Made by a program: the position numbers and the translations under genes. A stretch of DNA of 61,503 nucleotides, counting the filler. It is 3 parts of 3 records of this genome, joined end to end, with 100 filler letters (N's around TTAATTAATTAA, not from the genome) between each part and the next. Parts side by side here need not be neighbours in the genome. Positions count along the whole stretch, not along the records: positions 1 to 27,377 come from SRR20825019_2604; 2 more parts are not named here. One strand, given 5' to 3'. The notes below the pieces were generated by a model. That model saw only the letters and a program-made list of their open reading frames with translations, was not told the origin of the DNA and searched no databases. This document shows positions 1 to 9,769 of this stretch, one piece after another (position 1 is the first letter of the stretch; every line of letters begins with the position of its first letter).

Positions 1-2807
1 AAGATATTACCGAACGCAAAATCTCGGAAGCACAGACCCGGATGCAAAACAAAGTGCTTGAAATGATCGCATCAGGCAAAGCGCTTTCCAAAACACTTGA
101 TGCGCTGCTCCATATTATCGAGAGACAATCACCGAATACCCCTTGCTCGATATTACTCCTCGATCAAACGGGACAACACCTCCATCACGGCGCCGCATTC
201 GGTCTTGATGACACTTTTATCAACGCCATCGATGGAATCAAAATCGGTCCGAACGTAGGATCCTGTGGCACTGCTGCTTTTTCCGAAAAATCGGTTTTCG
301 TCAGAGATACAACACAGGATCCTCATTGGGAGCACTACCGGGATCTCGCGATCAAGCATGACCTCAAAGCCTGCTGGTCGACGCCTATTTTCAACGAGAA
401 TAAAGAGTTACTGGGGACATTTGCGATTTATGCGCGACGCCCCGGATTACCGACAACGAAAGAAAGAGGGTTAATTGAGCTCGCCACGCAAACGGCTGCG
501 ATTGCGATTAGCCGAAACCGCAACGAAATGAGTTTGCGCGCGAGCGAAGAGCGCTTTCGCAGAACGATGGATAACATGATGGAAGGATGTCAGTTGATCG
601 GATTCGATTGGCGCTACCTCTATCTCAATGAAAAGTATTCCGTTCATATGCGGCGCCCTAATTCTGAGGTCTTGGGACAACGAATGCAGGACGTCTGGCC
701 GGGAATCGAAGAGACCGAAACCTATGCCCTTCTGAAGCGATCCATGGACGATCGAAGGGAGTTCCAGCAAGAGATTGAGTTCACCTTTCCTGATGGCAAC
801 AGCAGCTGGTTTGAAGTCCGCTGTCAGCCCGTTCCGGAAGGTGTGTTCGTGCTATCCATTGATATCACCGAGCGGAAGCATGCGGAATTTGCTCTGGCTG
901 ACAGTGAATCGAAATTTGAAACCGCATTCAGGGTGAGCCCCGCCCCAATGTTCCTATCTGACGCCTCAGGCGCCTATCTGGATGTAAATCAAAATGCCTG
1001 CGATTTGTTGGGATACAGAAAGGAGGAATTCCTGGGGAAAACTGCACTGGAGATGGGGATGATTACCGAAGCAATGATCAAAACTCATGATAATCTCAGG
1101 GCTCAGTATGGTCGAAATTTGCAAGGGATCGAACTCACCTTACTGGCCAAAGATGGAAGTCCGCGCCATTTGCTGTTTTCCCAAGATACCATCTCGATCG
1201 GCTCCCAGGAAATGTGCTTATCCGTCGGAGTGGATATCACGGCGCGCCGGAAAGCCGATGACGAGTTGCTTAGCACTCAGCGGAACCTATCCTCGATCAT
1301 ACAATCAGTGGATGGAATCGTGTGGGAGGCCGACGCTGAAACATTCCGATTTACATATGTCAGTCCTCAGGCGGAGCGAATCCTCGGGTTTTCCGTGTCA
1401 GAGTGGACCACGACGGGCACGTTTTGGAGCGATCACATTCATCCGGAAGATAGGGAAAAAGCGGTCACCTACTGCATCGAATGCACGCGTGAAAAAACCG
1501 ACCATGAATTCGAATATCGCATGCGGAAGAGCGATGGAGAGTATCTGCTCCTGCGTGATATCGTGACGGTGATCGTTGAGGGTGATCAGCCTGTAAAGTT
1601 GCGGGGCTTGATGGTGGACATCACAGAGCAGCGTTTACTTCAGGAGCGCCTACGTGAATCGCAAAAGATGGAAGCAGTCGGACAATTGGCCGGAGGAATC
1701 GCCCACGATTTCAACAACATTCTGGCTGCGATGATGATGCAAACGGATCTAGTGATGAACAGTCGGGGCTTGTCTGATGATGCCCTCGCTCTGATGGAAG
1801 AATTAAAGGCCGCGGTCAGGCGGGCCGCGGCGCTCACCTCGCAACTGTTGGCCTTTGGGCGACGTCAGGTCTTGCAGAAAAAATCGATCAACTTGAACAC
1901 CAGTGTGACAAACATATCGAAAATGCTCCTGCGGGTTTTACCTGAAAATGTGCAGCTCAATGTGCGTCTCCCGCCCCAGCCGCTTTATACCCATGCTGAT
2001 AGTGGAATGTTTGACCAAGTGTTGCTTAACTTGGTCGTGAATGCCCGTGATGCGATGCCCGACGGTGGCTCGATTACGATTGAATGTGCAGCTGTCAGCC
2101 TGAGTTCCGAGGAAGCACGAGAGATCTCTGGAGTTACGGAGGGAGAATACATCAAGGTCACGGTATCTGACACGGGAACGGGAATTCCGGCAAAAATCAT
2201 CCCGCATCTTTTCGAACCTTTCTTCACGACAAAGGAAGTGGGCAAAGGAACAGGATTGGGCTTGGCGACAATCTTTGGAATTCTCAAACAACACGATGGT
2301 GCGATTCAGGTTGAAGGTAACCCCTCCCTGGGAGCGGCATTTCATGTCTATTGGCCGTCCCTCGTGGAAGATATTGCCAAACTTGAGGAAGACCGCACGG
2401 ATCCCAAAACCGTCGAGGGGCATGAGACGATTCTGATTGTTGAGGACGAACCCAGCGTGCGCTCAATGACAAAGCTGCTGTTGGAAAAGCAGGGCTATCA
2501 GGTGGTCGAGGCTGAAAACGGAGTAAAAGCCCTTGAGATATGGGATAAGCAGGACCGTCCCATCCATTTGGTTCTAACCGATATGATCATGCCTGAGGGA
2601 ATTAGCGGCAAGGTGTTGGCCGAAACCTTGAGGCGCGACGAACCGCATCTCAGAATCATTTTCACGAGCGGCTACAGTCCGGAGATCAGCGGTCAGGATT
2701 TCAGCTTGTCCCCGGGGCAACGCTTCATTCCCAAACCGTGCCCGATTCAGGAACTCCTTGATACGGTAAGAAGCTGCCTCGACGAAGAGATCCCCAGCAT
2801 GGATTGA
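1..2807 (+). CDS. Hybrid sensor histidine kinase/response regulator (PAC-GAF-PAS-PAS-PAS-HisKA-HATPase-REC), 5'-truncated
   Basis: Frame is open from position 3 (DITERK, a PAC end motif) into the 42..2807 ORF, so the start lies outside the window. GAF (GSCGTAAF...CWSTPI), H-box LAGGIAHDFNNIL, N-box NLVVNARDAM, G-box GKGTGLGL, C-terminal receiver (ILIVEDE...LTDMIMP). Confidence 0.93.
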   Translation, partial: DITERKISEAQTRMQNKVLEMIASGKALSKTLDALLHIIERQSPNTPCSILLLDQTGQHLHHGAAFGLDDTFINAIDGIKIGPNVGSCGTAAFSEKSVFVRDTTQDPHWEHYRDLAIKHDLKACWSTPIFNENKELLGTFAIYARRPGLPTTKERGLIELATQTAAIAISRNRNEMSLRASEERFRRTMDNMMEGCQLIGFDWRYLYLNEKYSVHMRRPNSEVLGQRMQDVWPGIEETETYALLKRSMDDRREFQQEIEFTFPDGNSSWFEVRCQPVPEGVFVLSIDITERKHAEFALADSESKFETAFRVSPAPMFLSDASGAYLDVNQNACDLLGYRKEEFLGKTALEMGMITEAMIKTHDNLRAQYGRNLQGIELTLLAKDGSPRHLLFSQDTISIGSQEMCLSVGVDITARRKADDELLSTQRNLSSIIQSVDGIVWEADAETFRFTYVSPQAERILGFSVSEWTTTGTFWSDHIHPEDREKAVTYCIECTREKTDHEFEYRMRKSDGEYLLLRDIVTVIVEGDQPVKLRGLMVDITEQRLLQERLRESQKMEAVGQLAGGIAHDFNNILAAMMMQTDLVMNSRGLSDDALALMEELKAAVRRAAALTSQLLAFGRRQVLQKKSINLNTSVTNISKMLLRVLPENVQLNVRLPPQPLYTHADSGMFDQVLLNLVVNARDAMPDGGSITIECAAVSLSSEEAREISGVTEGEYIKVTVSDTGTGIPAKIIPHLFEPFFTTKEVGKGTGLGLATIFGILKQHDGAIQVEGNPSLGAAFHVYWPSLVEDIAKLEEDRTDPKTVEGHETILIVEDEPSVRSMTKLLLEKQGYQVVEAENGVKALEIWDKQDRPIHLVLTDMIMPEGISGKVLAETLRRDEPHLRIIFTSGYSPEISGQDFSLSPGQRFIPKPCPIQELLDTVRSCLDEEIPSMD

Positions 2808-2822
2808 TCGTTCCCGGTTAAC

Positions 2823-4007
2823 TCAAAGCTTGGCGCAGAAGCGAGCCAAGCGCTCCATCCCTTTTTTCAGAGTCTCGTCGGCAGTCGCATAACTCAGGCG
2901 GAGATAACCTTCCGCTCCAAATGAACTGCCCGGCACTGCGGCCACTTTTTCCTCCTCGAGGAAACGCGTGCAGAACTCCTGATCCTTGAGCCCAAAGCTG
3001 GAGATGTTCGGAAAGAGGTAAAAGGCACCTTGCGCGAGGAGACACTTGATCCCCGGGATGTTGTTCAATTCGGCGTGGAGGTATTTTCGTCGGCGATCAA
3101 ACGCGGTGAGCATTTCAGAAAGAGCCGCCTTCGTCTTTTCCTTTTCCGTGATCGCGGCCAGGGCACCGTATTGCGCAAAGGTCGTCACGTTGGATGAAAT
3201 CTGACTCTGCATTTGGGACAGTGCCTTGGCAATGGGAGCTGGTGCCACCGTCGTGCCAATTCGCCAACCCGTCATCGAGTAAGTCTTGGAAAATCCGGCA
3301 ACCGTAATCGTGCGTTCCGCCGCTTCCGGAGACAGTGTCGCCACGCAAGTCGGCTTGGCGTCATCATAGACGAGGCGCTCATACATCTCGTCGGACAGAA
3401 TGTAGAGGTTGTGTTTTACAGCGACTGCGATGATTGCAGTCATTTCATCACGGGTGTAAACAGCCCCCGTCGGATTCGATGGGTTGCACAAAATCAGCAT
3501 CCGGCTTTTCGGCGTAATCGCGGCCTCGAGCTTTTCCGGGGTGAGCTTGAACTCGGTCGAATCATCGCAGAGGACGAATTTCGGAGTGGCCCCCGACAGT
3601 TTCACCATTTCCGGATAGCTTACCCAGTAGGGACCGGGGATGATCACTTCATCGCCGGGAGAACAGATTGCGAGAATCCCCAAATAGCAGGAGTATTTAC
3701 CGCCTGGAGACACCACCACTTGGGTCGGCGAAATTGCGTAGCCATAATCCTCGGCATATTGTCCGGCAATCGCTTCGCGGAGAGGCAGGATACCGGCAAC
3801 ATCCGCATATTTGGTTCGACCATCACGAAGCGCCTGTTCGCAGGCTTCCTTGATGTGCGCGGGGGTATCGAAATCCGGCTCACCTGCAGCAAAACTGCAA
3901 ACGTCTTCGCCAGCGGCTTTCAAGGCCTTCGCCTTTGCGTCCACCGCCAAAGTTGGCGACGGAGAAATGTTACGGGCCCAAGTGGAGAGTGGCAGCGGTG
4001 TCGTCAT
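2823..4007 (-). CDS. aspC: PLP-dependent class I/II aminotransferase (aspartate aminotransferase-like)
   Basis: [32 protein letters not shown] (PLP lysine), GAFYLF, LRLSYA. Confidence 0.85.
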   Translation of the reverse strand: MTTPLPLSTWARNISPSPTLAVDAKAKALKAAGEDVCSFAAGEPDFDTPAHIKEACEQALRDGRTKYADVAGILPLREAIAGQYAEDYGYAISPTQVVVSPGGKYSCYLGILAICSPGDEVIIPGPYWVSYPEMVKLSGATPKFVLCDDSTEFKLTPEKLEAAITPKSRMLILCNPSNPTGAVYTRDEMTAIIAVAVKHNLYILSDEMYERLVYDDAKPTCVATLSPEAAERTITVAGFSKTYSMTGWRIGTTVAPAPIAKALSQMQSQISSNVTTFAQYGALAAITEKEKTKAALSEMLTAFDRRRKYLHAELNNIPGIKCLLAQGAFYLFPNISSFGLKDQEFCTRFLEEEKVAAVPGSSFGAEGYLRLSYATADETLKKGMERLARFCAKL

Positions 4008-4150
4008 TGTTTTCGAGGGCGACTAAAGAACAGCCCGCCCAGCATTGGCAAGCATTCGGAATACAAAAGCACATGTCGGCAGACACGAGAAGTCAGAGTC
4101 CCGCCGTGAACCCTGATAGTTGTCCCCAACCTCGGACAATCACCGAAGCC

Positions 4151-4510
4151 TTATTTGCGACGGACCGCCTTTTTCTTTTTAGCGACGGTCTTTTTCTTTT
4201 TTGCTTTGGGCTTGGCCGTGGGCATGGCTTCGACCGCCATCCGCAACAGTTCGCCGACACTGACCCCTTTTACCCGGGCAAAGCGCTTCAGATTGGCACG
4301 CTGCTCGGCACTCAATCGCACTGAGATCTGCCGATGGGGGGTTACTTCGGGTTGGCAACCGGCAAAATCAAACTGATCCAAAGCGCTGCGAATGACTTCA
4401 CTGGCAGTTTCCACGTCCTGCGCCTTTCGGCACACTTCGATTTTTGCGAGTAAATCCAAAGATAGATCGAAGGTGACGGGAGTTGGTTTCTTAATCTGTC
4501 GGGTGGCCAT
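4151..4510 (-). CDS. Tandem ribbon-helix-helix (CopG-like) DNA-binding protein with Lys-rich tail
   Basis: ATG at 4510. Two RHH-like units (VTFDLSLDLLAKIE...ASEVIRSAL; ISVRLSAEQRANLKRFARVKGVSVGELLRMAV) and tail KPKAKKKKTVAKKKKAVRRK. Confidence 0.75.
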   Translation of the reverse strand: MATRQIKKPTPVTFDLSLDLLAKIEVCRKAQDVETASEVIRSALDQFDFAGCQPEVTPHRQISVRLSAEQRANLKRFARVKGVSVGELLRMAVEAMPTAKPKAKKKKTVAKKKKAVRRK

Positions 4511-4657
4511 AGTGCTTGGTTGTCGTGAAACAAACATGCAGTCGGATAGCACCTGACGTCGCAACGTAAAAAAAATCCATGCTATGGCATTGACTCGTGT
4601 GACGATTGCCCGATTTTCGCGGTGTCACTTTCGACCCTCTAATTCTTACTTATTTCC

Positions 4658-5788
4658 ATGGCTCGTGTTGTAATTAATAAGCTGGTTAAAACCTACCCCG
4701 AAAAAAATGGCCCCGGCGTAACTGCCGTCAAAGGCATCAATCTTGAGATTGAAGACCGCGAATTTATGGTCCTGGTCGGCCCTTCAGGCTGCGGCAAATC
4801 CACCACCCTCCGGATGATCGCCGGACTCGAAGACATCACCGGCGGTGAGATCAGCATTGATGGGAAGGTCGTGAACAACGTGCTGCCGAAAGATCGCGAC
4901 ATCGCGATGGTGTTTCAAAACTACGCCCTCTACCCGCACATGACGGTCTATGACAACATGGCCTTCGGGTTGAAGCTCCGGAAATTCCCCAAGGAAGATA
5001 TCGACAAGCGCGTGCGCGATGCCGCTGCGATGCTCGGTCTCGAAGAACTTCTCGAACGTCGCCCGAAAGCACTTTCCGGCGGACAGCGCCAACGTGTGGC
5101 GGTTGGCCGCGCAATCGTGCGTCGCCCCAAGGTATTCCTCTTCGACGAACCGCTTTCCAATCTCGATGCGAAGATGCGCGTTTCGACCCGCACGGACATC
5201 TCAAAACTTCATGCCCGTCTCGGGGCGACCATGATTTACGTGACTCACGATCAGGTTGAAGCGATGACGATGGGCGACCGGATTTGCGTGATGAAGGACG
5301 GCAATATCATGCAGGTTGCCGAACCTCTCGCACTTTATAATCACCCCGAGAACATGTTTGTGGCCGGTTTCATTGGCTCGCCGCCGATGAATTTCTTCAA
5401 GGGTTCCCTCAAGCGTGAAGGCAATCATGTGATTTTCACGGAGACCAATCAGCAGAACTCCCCGTTCTCGGTGCAACTCACGGATGAGTTGGCCGCGAAA
5501 GCCGCCTCCTACGTCGGCAAGGAAATCGTCTTCGGCATTCGTCCGGAAGATGCCCAGGACTCACTGACCCTCGCATCGCCGGCTCCTGAATCCACGATTG
5601 AAGTGACTGTGGAAGTCTCTGAACCCATGGGCGCGGAGACCTATCTCTATCTCAACAGCGGCGAACACTCCTTCATCGCCAGAGTGCGTGCGTCGGATCG
5701 CTTCGATGTCGGTCAGAAAGTGCAAATTACCTTCCAAATGGATAAGGTGCATCTCTTCGATCCGACCACGGAAGATGTGCTGAAGTAA
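4658..5788 (+). CDS. Carbohydrate ABC transporter ATP-binding subunit (MalK/UgpC/MsmX family)
   Basis: Walker [20 protein letters not shown], signature [32 protein letters not shown]-terminal OB/TOBE region. Confidence 0.95.
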   Translation: MARVVINKLVKTYPEKNGPGVTAVKGINLEIEDREFMVLVGPSGCGKSTTLRMIAGLEDITGGEISIDGKVVNNVLPKDRDIAMVFQNYALYPHMTVYDNMAFGLKLRKFPKEDIDKRVRDAAAMLGLEELLERRPKALSGGQRQRVAVGRAIVRRPKVFLFDEPLSNLDAKMRVSTRTDISKLHARLGATMIYVTHDQVEAMTMGDRICVMKDGNIMQVAEPLALYNHPENMFVAGFIGSPPMNFFKGSLKREGNHVIFTETNQQNSPFSVQLTDELAAKAASYVGKEIVFGIRPEDAQDSLTLASPAPESTIEVTVEVSEPMGAETYLYLNSGEHSFIARVRASDRFDVGQKVQITFQMDKVHLFDPTTEDVLK

Positions 5789-5816
5789 TCCGTTTGATTA
5801 CGGCCTCTCTCTTTTC

Positions 5817-5850
5817 AACTACCCTCGAATTTTCGAGGGTAGTTTTGTTT
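5817..5850 (+). terminator. Rho-independent terminator after the ABC ATPase gene
   Basis: Perfect inverted repeat AACTACCCTCGAA-TT-TTCGAGGGTAGTT followed by TTGTTT, between convergent genes. Confidence 0.85.
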
Positions 5851-5867
5851 ACGGACCGCGTCTGATC

Positions 5868-6707
5868 TCAACGGTCAAGAGATACCGTCGGCGATGGCGG
5901 TGCGACCTCGGCACTCAACATTTCCGACGTGAAGAGTTGCGGCGAGAAGTCCAGATTCAAAGCCACTTGAACAATCTCGAACCGGGTTTTATCGCGACTG
6001 ACCTCATTGCGCAGGTCGATCGTTTTGACCATCCATTGGTCGGAAACCTTTTTGATGTCACGAAGAGTCATCGTCTTTAGATCGTTTCCCTCCTGATCAA
6101 TCTGGGCCGACTTTACCATCGCATGGTATTGGGTATCGAGCCAAACCCTCACCCCACCCAGGCTGTCGTATTGCTCCAGAAAATCGTCAGGAGGATAGAG
6201 TAAAAAGACATGCGCAATGCGCCCAAGAATTTTGCTGGTTCCCTCGAATCTAAAATCGGTCCAATAGATGTAGGGCTGTTGCAGATCAAACAACGTGAGC
6301 TCGGTTTGCGGCACGAGTGGTTCAAATAAATTCTGCGACGCGGCACTGGGAGCTGCCTCCCCCTGCTTCCATGACCAGACTTGCGGTGATACTCCATTCT
6401 GAAGCAAATACCGCCTCACCTGTCCGGTGGCTCCCTGTAATTCGACGCGAGAAACCGGCCCGAGGTAATTTCGACTCCCCCAGAGCCGTCCAGAAAACAC
6501 GATCTCATCTCCGCGGCGCGGCCGGACTTTTAGTTCAAATTGCAGATAGTAATCACCCTGGATTCCCATTCCACGAAATGACTCCAAAATCTCGCGCCCC
6601 TTATCCTGATCAGGTTCACCTAATTGCAAAATCTTGGTGGGCACGCGAACGCTGCGCGAACTGGGAGCTGCCAGCCCAGTATGACAAAGCACAAGACCCG
6701 CGAGCAT
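5868..6707 (-). CDS. LolA-like outer-membrane lipoprotein-sorting family protein
   Basis: Signal-peptide-like N-terminus (MLAGLVLCHTGLAA) and C-terminal pattern VWLDTQY...QIDQEGNDLKTM...IKKVSDQWMVKTIDLRNEVSRDKTRFEI...F. Start uncertain; the longer ORF overlaps secG. Confidence 0.7.
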   Translation of the reverse strand: MLAGLVLCHTGLAAPSSRSVRVPTKILQLGEPDQDKGREILESFRGMGIQGDYYLQFELKVRPRRGDEIVFSGRLWGSRNYLGPVSRVELQGATGQVRRYLLQNGVSPQVWSWKQGEAAPSAASQNLFEPLVPQTELTLFDLQQPYIYWTDFRFEGTSKILGRIAHVFLLYPPDDFLEQYDSLGGVRVWLDTQYHAMVKSAQIDQEGNDLKTMTLRDIKKVSDQWMVKTIDLRNEVSRDKTRFEIVQVALNLDFSPQLFTSEMLSAEVAPPSPTVSLDR

Positions 6708-6768
6708 GAAAAACGCCCACCTGAGAATGGCGGGCGTGCATGGGAACGATCCGACCACGGTCGAAATC

Positions 6769-7098
6769 TTATTCGGTTGTTCCGGTGACAGGCGCTTCCG
6801 TGCTGGCCGGTGCCTCGATTGTGGGGAGGCTGCTGCCCGCTGCCTCATCCGAATGCGCACGCTGGTAAATGTGGCCGAGGTAAAGGAGGAAGGCCAAAAC
6901 GAAGAAAGCGATTGCCGAGTTAATCGTAGTCTTGCTCAACATGTTATCCGTATCGGCACCGAAGGCGGCTTCCGTCATACCACCGCCCAAAGCGGCCCCC
7001 ATGCCACCATCCTTGGACTTCTGCATGAGAACCAGCAGAATCAAAAAGATGGAAATAAGGATAAGGACGAAGGTGAAAATCCCGAGAAGAATGCTCAT
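6769..7098 (-). CDS. secG: Preprotein translocase subunit SecG
   Basis: Two TM helices around [19 protein letters not shown]...FG; ATG at 7098. Confidence 0.92.
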   Translation of the reverse strand: MSILLGIFTFVLILISIFLILLVLMQKSKDGGMGAALGGGMTEAAFGADTDNMLSKTTINSAIAFFVLAFLLYLGHIYQRAHSDEAAGSSLPTIEAPASTEAPVTGTTE

Positions 7099-7182
7099 AA
7101 TAAAGGGGCATAGCATCCCGTCATCGCACTGTTTGTCAATGCAGGGATAGATAATGATGAATCCACTGGAAAAGGACGAAAA

Positions 7183-8130
7183 TTACAGCTCAACCCCGAT
7201 TTTCTCCAACACACGCTGGAGATCATCATTGCCGTGGTATTCGATCACGATGCGTCCCTTTTTACCCGAATGCAGCACGGCGACCCGAGCTCCGAGATGA
7301 GAGGTCAGTTTCTTTTCCACGTCTGCGACCGCTTCCGCATCTTTCGAAGTAACACCTTTCGCGACACGTTTTTTCGCGGAGCCGGCTCCCCCCTTGTTGT
7401 CCTGGATGAGCTTTTCAGTCGCCCGCACACTGAGTCCGCCTTCGATAATTTGGCGGGCGAGCAGCTTACGTCGGGCGGCGTCGGTTACCCCCAGCAAGAC
7501 TTTGGCATGCCCCACACTGAGCAGACCTTTGCCGAGAAATCCCTGCGTTTCCGCATCCAAAGACAATAGGCGCAACGTATTGGCCACCGTCGCGCGTCCC
7601 TTCCCCACCCGATCAGCGGCCGATTCCTGAGTGAGGTCAAAATCACGGATCAAACTCGCGTAGCCGTGAGCCTCTTCGATCGGGCTGAGTCCCTCGCGTT
7701 GTAAATTTTCAATCAGACCGAGGGTAGCGGAAGAAGCATCATTCGCCTCGACGATTCGCGCGGCGATCTTCTTCAGCTTCAGTGATTGAAAAGCGCGCCA
7801 GCGACGCTCTCCGGCGATCAGTTGGTAGGTCTCGCCGGTTTTGCGGACCACGACAGGTTGCAACAATCCTTCCGAACGAATGCTCTCTGCAAGCTCGCTG
7901 AGTTGTTCCGCCGTAAACTCACGGCGGGCCTGATACGGGCTGGGCTCGATTTGCGAGACGGGAATTTCGGCGTAACCGGGAGCCCCTCCGGAATTGCTCG
8001 AAGCTTCGACGGGGGACGATGGCGGTGCTTTGGAAGCATGATCGGATTCTGCTTCGGCAGCAGGTGGTGTAGCTTTGGCGATCAGGCCTCCCAACCCACG
8101 ACCTAGACGGGATTTGCGTGCGGCGGACAT
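7183..8130 (-). CDS. parB: ParB/Spo0J chromosome partitioning protein
   Basis: N-terminal LGRGLGGLI, PYQARREF, GLLQPVVV, LIAGERRWRA, IENLQREGLSPIEEA, HTH. Confidence 0.95.
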   Translation of the reverse strand: MSAARKSRLGRGLGGLIAKATPPAAEAESDHASKAPPSSPVEASSNSGGAPGYAEIPVSQIEPSPYQARREFTAEQLSELAESIRSEGLLQPVVVRKTGETYQLIAGERRWRAFQSLKLKKIAARIVEANDASSATLGLIENLQREGLSPIEEAHGYASLIRDFDLTQESAADRVGKGRATVANTLRLLSLDAETQGFLGKGLLSVGHAKVLLGVTDAARRKLLARQIIEGGLSVRATEKLIQDNKGGAGSAKKRVAKGVTSKDAEAVADVEKKLTSHLGARVAVLHSGKKGRIVIEYHGNDDLQRVLEKIGVEL

Positions 8131-8133
8131 GAA

Positions 8134-8706
8134 TTATTTTTTTACAGGGATAAAGAGCGTTTGGCCCACTTGGATTTTCGTGGGATCCACGATCTTGTTC
8201 GCATTGGTGATATCCTTGACGCTGGCGTTTGTCTTTTGGGCGATGGACGAAAGCGTATCGCCTTTTTGAATCGTGTAGCTGATACCTTCCTGCGCGAAAT
8301 CATCCGAGAACTTGGTCTGCACCGTGGGGCGCTGCGCCATCCCCTTCGCGAGCGAATCGATGGCCGCATTGGTTTGTTTGGCGAGCTTACTCATTTGATG
8401 GGACATCTCCCTGAGAACCTCGCTTTTGCTTTCGGCGGCCGCGGCTTTGGCAACTCGATTGAGATCCGCCATCGCATCGCTGAGTTGCTCGACGGTCGCA
8501 AAGGCCGACGCGCTTGATTCTGCGCTGGCCCGGAGTTGCGCATTTTCCCGCTCGAGTTGCTCGATACGCAATGTAAGCTGTCCGACTTGCTGCACCATGC
8601 CGCGGACATCTTCGCGTAAATTGGCGACTTCGTATTGCAGTGAAGAGCCTTGGCCAAAACCGATGGCTGCCGTGAACCAGAATCCCAAAAACAGGCGTGT
8701 GAACAT
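8134..8706 (-). CDS. Secreted coiled-coil protein with C-terminal LysM domain
   Basis: Signal peptide, heptad region, LysM YTIQKGDTLSSIA...ITNANKIVDPTKIQVGQTLFIP. Confidence 0.88.
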   Translation of the reverse strand: MFTRLFLGFWFTAAIGFGQGSSLQYEVANLREDVRGMVQQVGQLTLRIEQLERENAQLRASAESSASAFATVEQLSDAMADLNRVAKAAAAESKSEVLREMSHQMSKLAKQTNAAIDSLAKGMAQRPTVQTKFSDDFAQEGISYTIQKGDTLSSIAQKTNASVKDITNANKIVDPTKIQVGQTLFIPVKK

Positions 8707-8743
8707 GCGTGTATGTTGGGAAAACCGTGAGCAAAAACAAGAC

Positions 8744-9736
8744 CTACCAGCGAAAAGGCGTTTCGGAAATCAGCGGAGCCATTTCCACCGACTCAATCGA
8801 GGTGCCTTCTTCAACGGGAAACCCGCGCAGAAAATCACCTATCGGAAGCATTTTCCCTCCGGGACGCTGCAATCTCAGCAGTCTCAAGTGCCCCTTCCCG
8901 GTGCCAAGCACCAGCCCTTCTTGATCTGCACTTAAAACAAACCCCGGCCTGCCATTCCCACTCTCAGCACTCGCCAAGCCGATTTTTACGAGTTGACCGT
9001 TGATCAGCAGCACGGTCGCCGGCCACGGAAACAACCCATTGATGCGGGCGGCCAGACTGGAAGCCGGCGCGGTCAGATCCAGTCCCCCGTCCTTTTTAGT
9101 GAGTCGTCGGCAAAATGTCGCCTGAGCATGCACCTGCTCTTGAAAGGCCAATTCGCCCGAGGACAATGCCTCGAGGTTTCGCGCCACCAACGGCACGCAA
9201 GCCGAAGCGAGCTTTGCCTCCACCTCCAACGCCGTATCCGTGCGACCAATCGTGACCCGTTCACAATCCGCCACCGGACCTGCGTCCAATTCGCGCACGA
9301 TTCGCATGAGAGTAACCCCGGTTTCCTTTTCGCCCATCGCAATCGCCGTTTGAATGGGAGACGCGCCGCGATACTGCGGTAAAATTGAAGCGTGCAAATT
9401 CACGGTGCCGAGTCGCGCCGTATCGATGAAGCTCTGTTTGAGGATATGCCCGTAGGCCATCACGAGCGACAAATCCGTCTTCAGCCCGGCATAGACCCGA
9501 CGGGCGTCCTCGTTGAGCCGATCCGGCTGAAAGACCGGAATATTTTTCGCTTCAGCCCACAGCTTGATTTCATTCGCTCGAAGCTTCTGACCGCGGCCAA
9601 CCGGCCGATCCGGCTGCGTATAAACAGCCTCGATCCCCACGGAATCGGTCGCTTCATCGTGGAGCCAGTTTAGCAAAGGCAACGCGATGGGATCAGATCC
9701 GAAGAAGGCTATTTTGAGTACACTCACAGAGAACAA
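8744..9736 (-). CDS. fmt: Methionyl-tRNA formyltransferase
   Basis: YTQPDRPVGRG, VMAYGHIL, NLHASILPQYRGASPIQ, ETGVTLM, LDAGP. True start may be a few codons downstream. Confidence 0.95.
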   Translation of the reverse strand: MFSVSVLKIAFFGSDPIALPLLNWLHDEATDSVGIEAVYTQPDRPVGRGQKLRANEIKLWAEAKNIPVFQPDRLNEDARRVYAGLKTDLSLVMAYGHILKQSFIDTARLGTVNLHASILPQYRGASPIQTAIAMGEKETGVTLMRIVRELDAGPVADCERVTIGRTDTALEVEAKLASACVPLVARNLEALSSGELAFQEQVHAQATFCRRLTKKDGGLDLTAPASSLAARINGLFPWPATVLLINGQLVKIGLASAESGNGRPGFVLSADQEGLVLGTGKGHLRLLRLQRPGGKMLPIGDFLRGFPVEEGTSIESVEMAPLISETPFRW

Positions 9737-9769
9737 CTAGCTTCTAAAGGCTGGGAGGCAATCAGGGCG

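Noticed and set aside
4517-4532. parS-like TGGTTGTCGTGAAACA near parB
   Set aside because: Only one half-site matches; three mismatches to TGTTTCACGTGAAACA break the palindrome.
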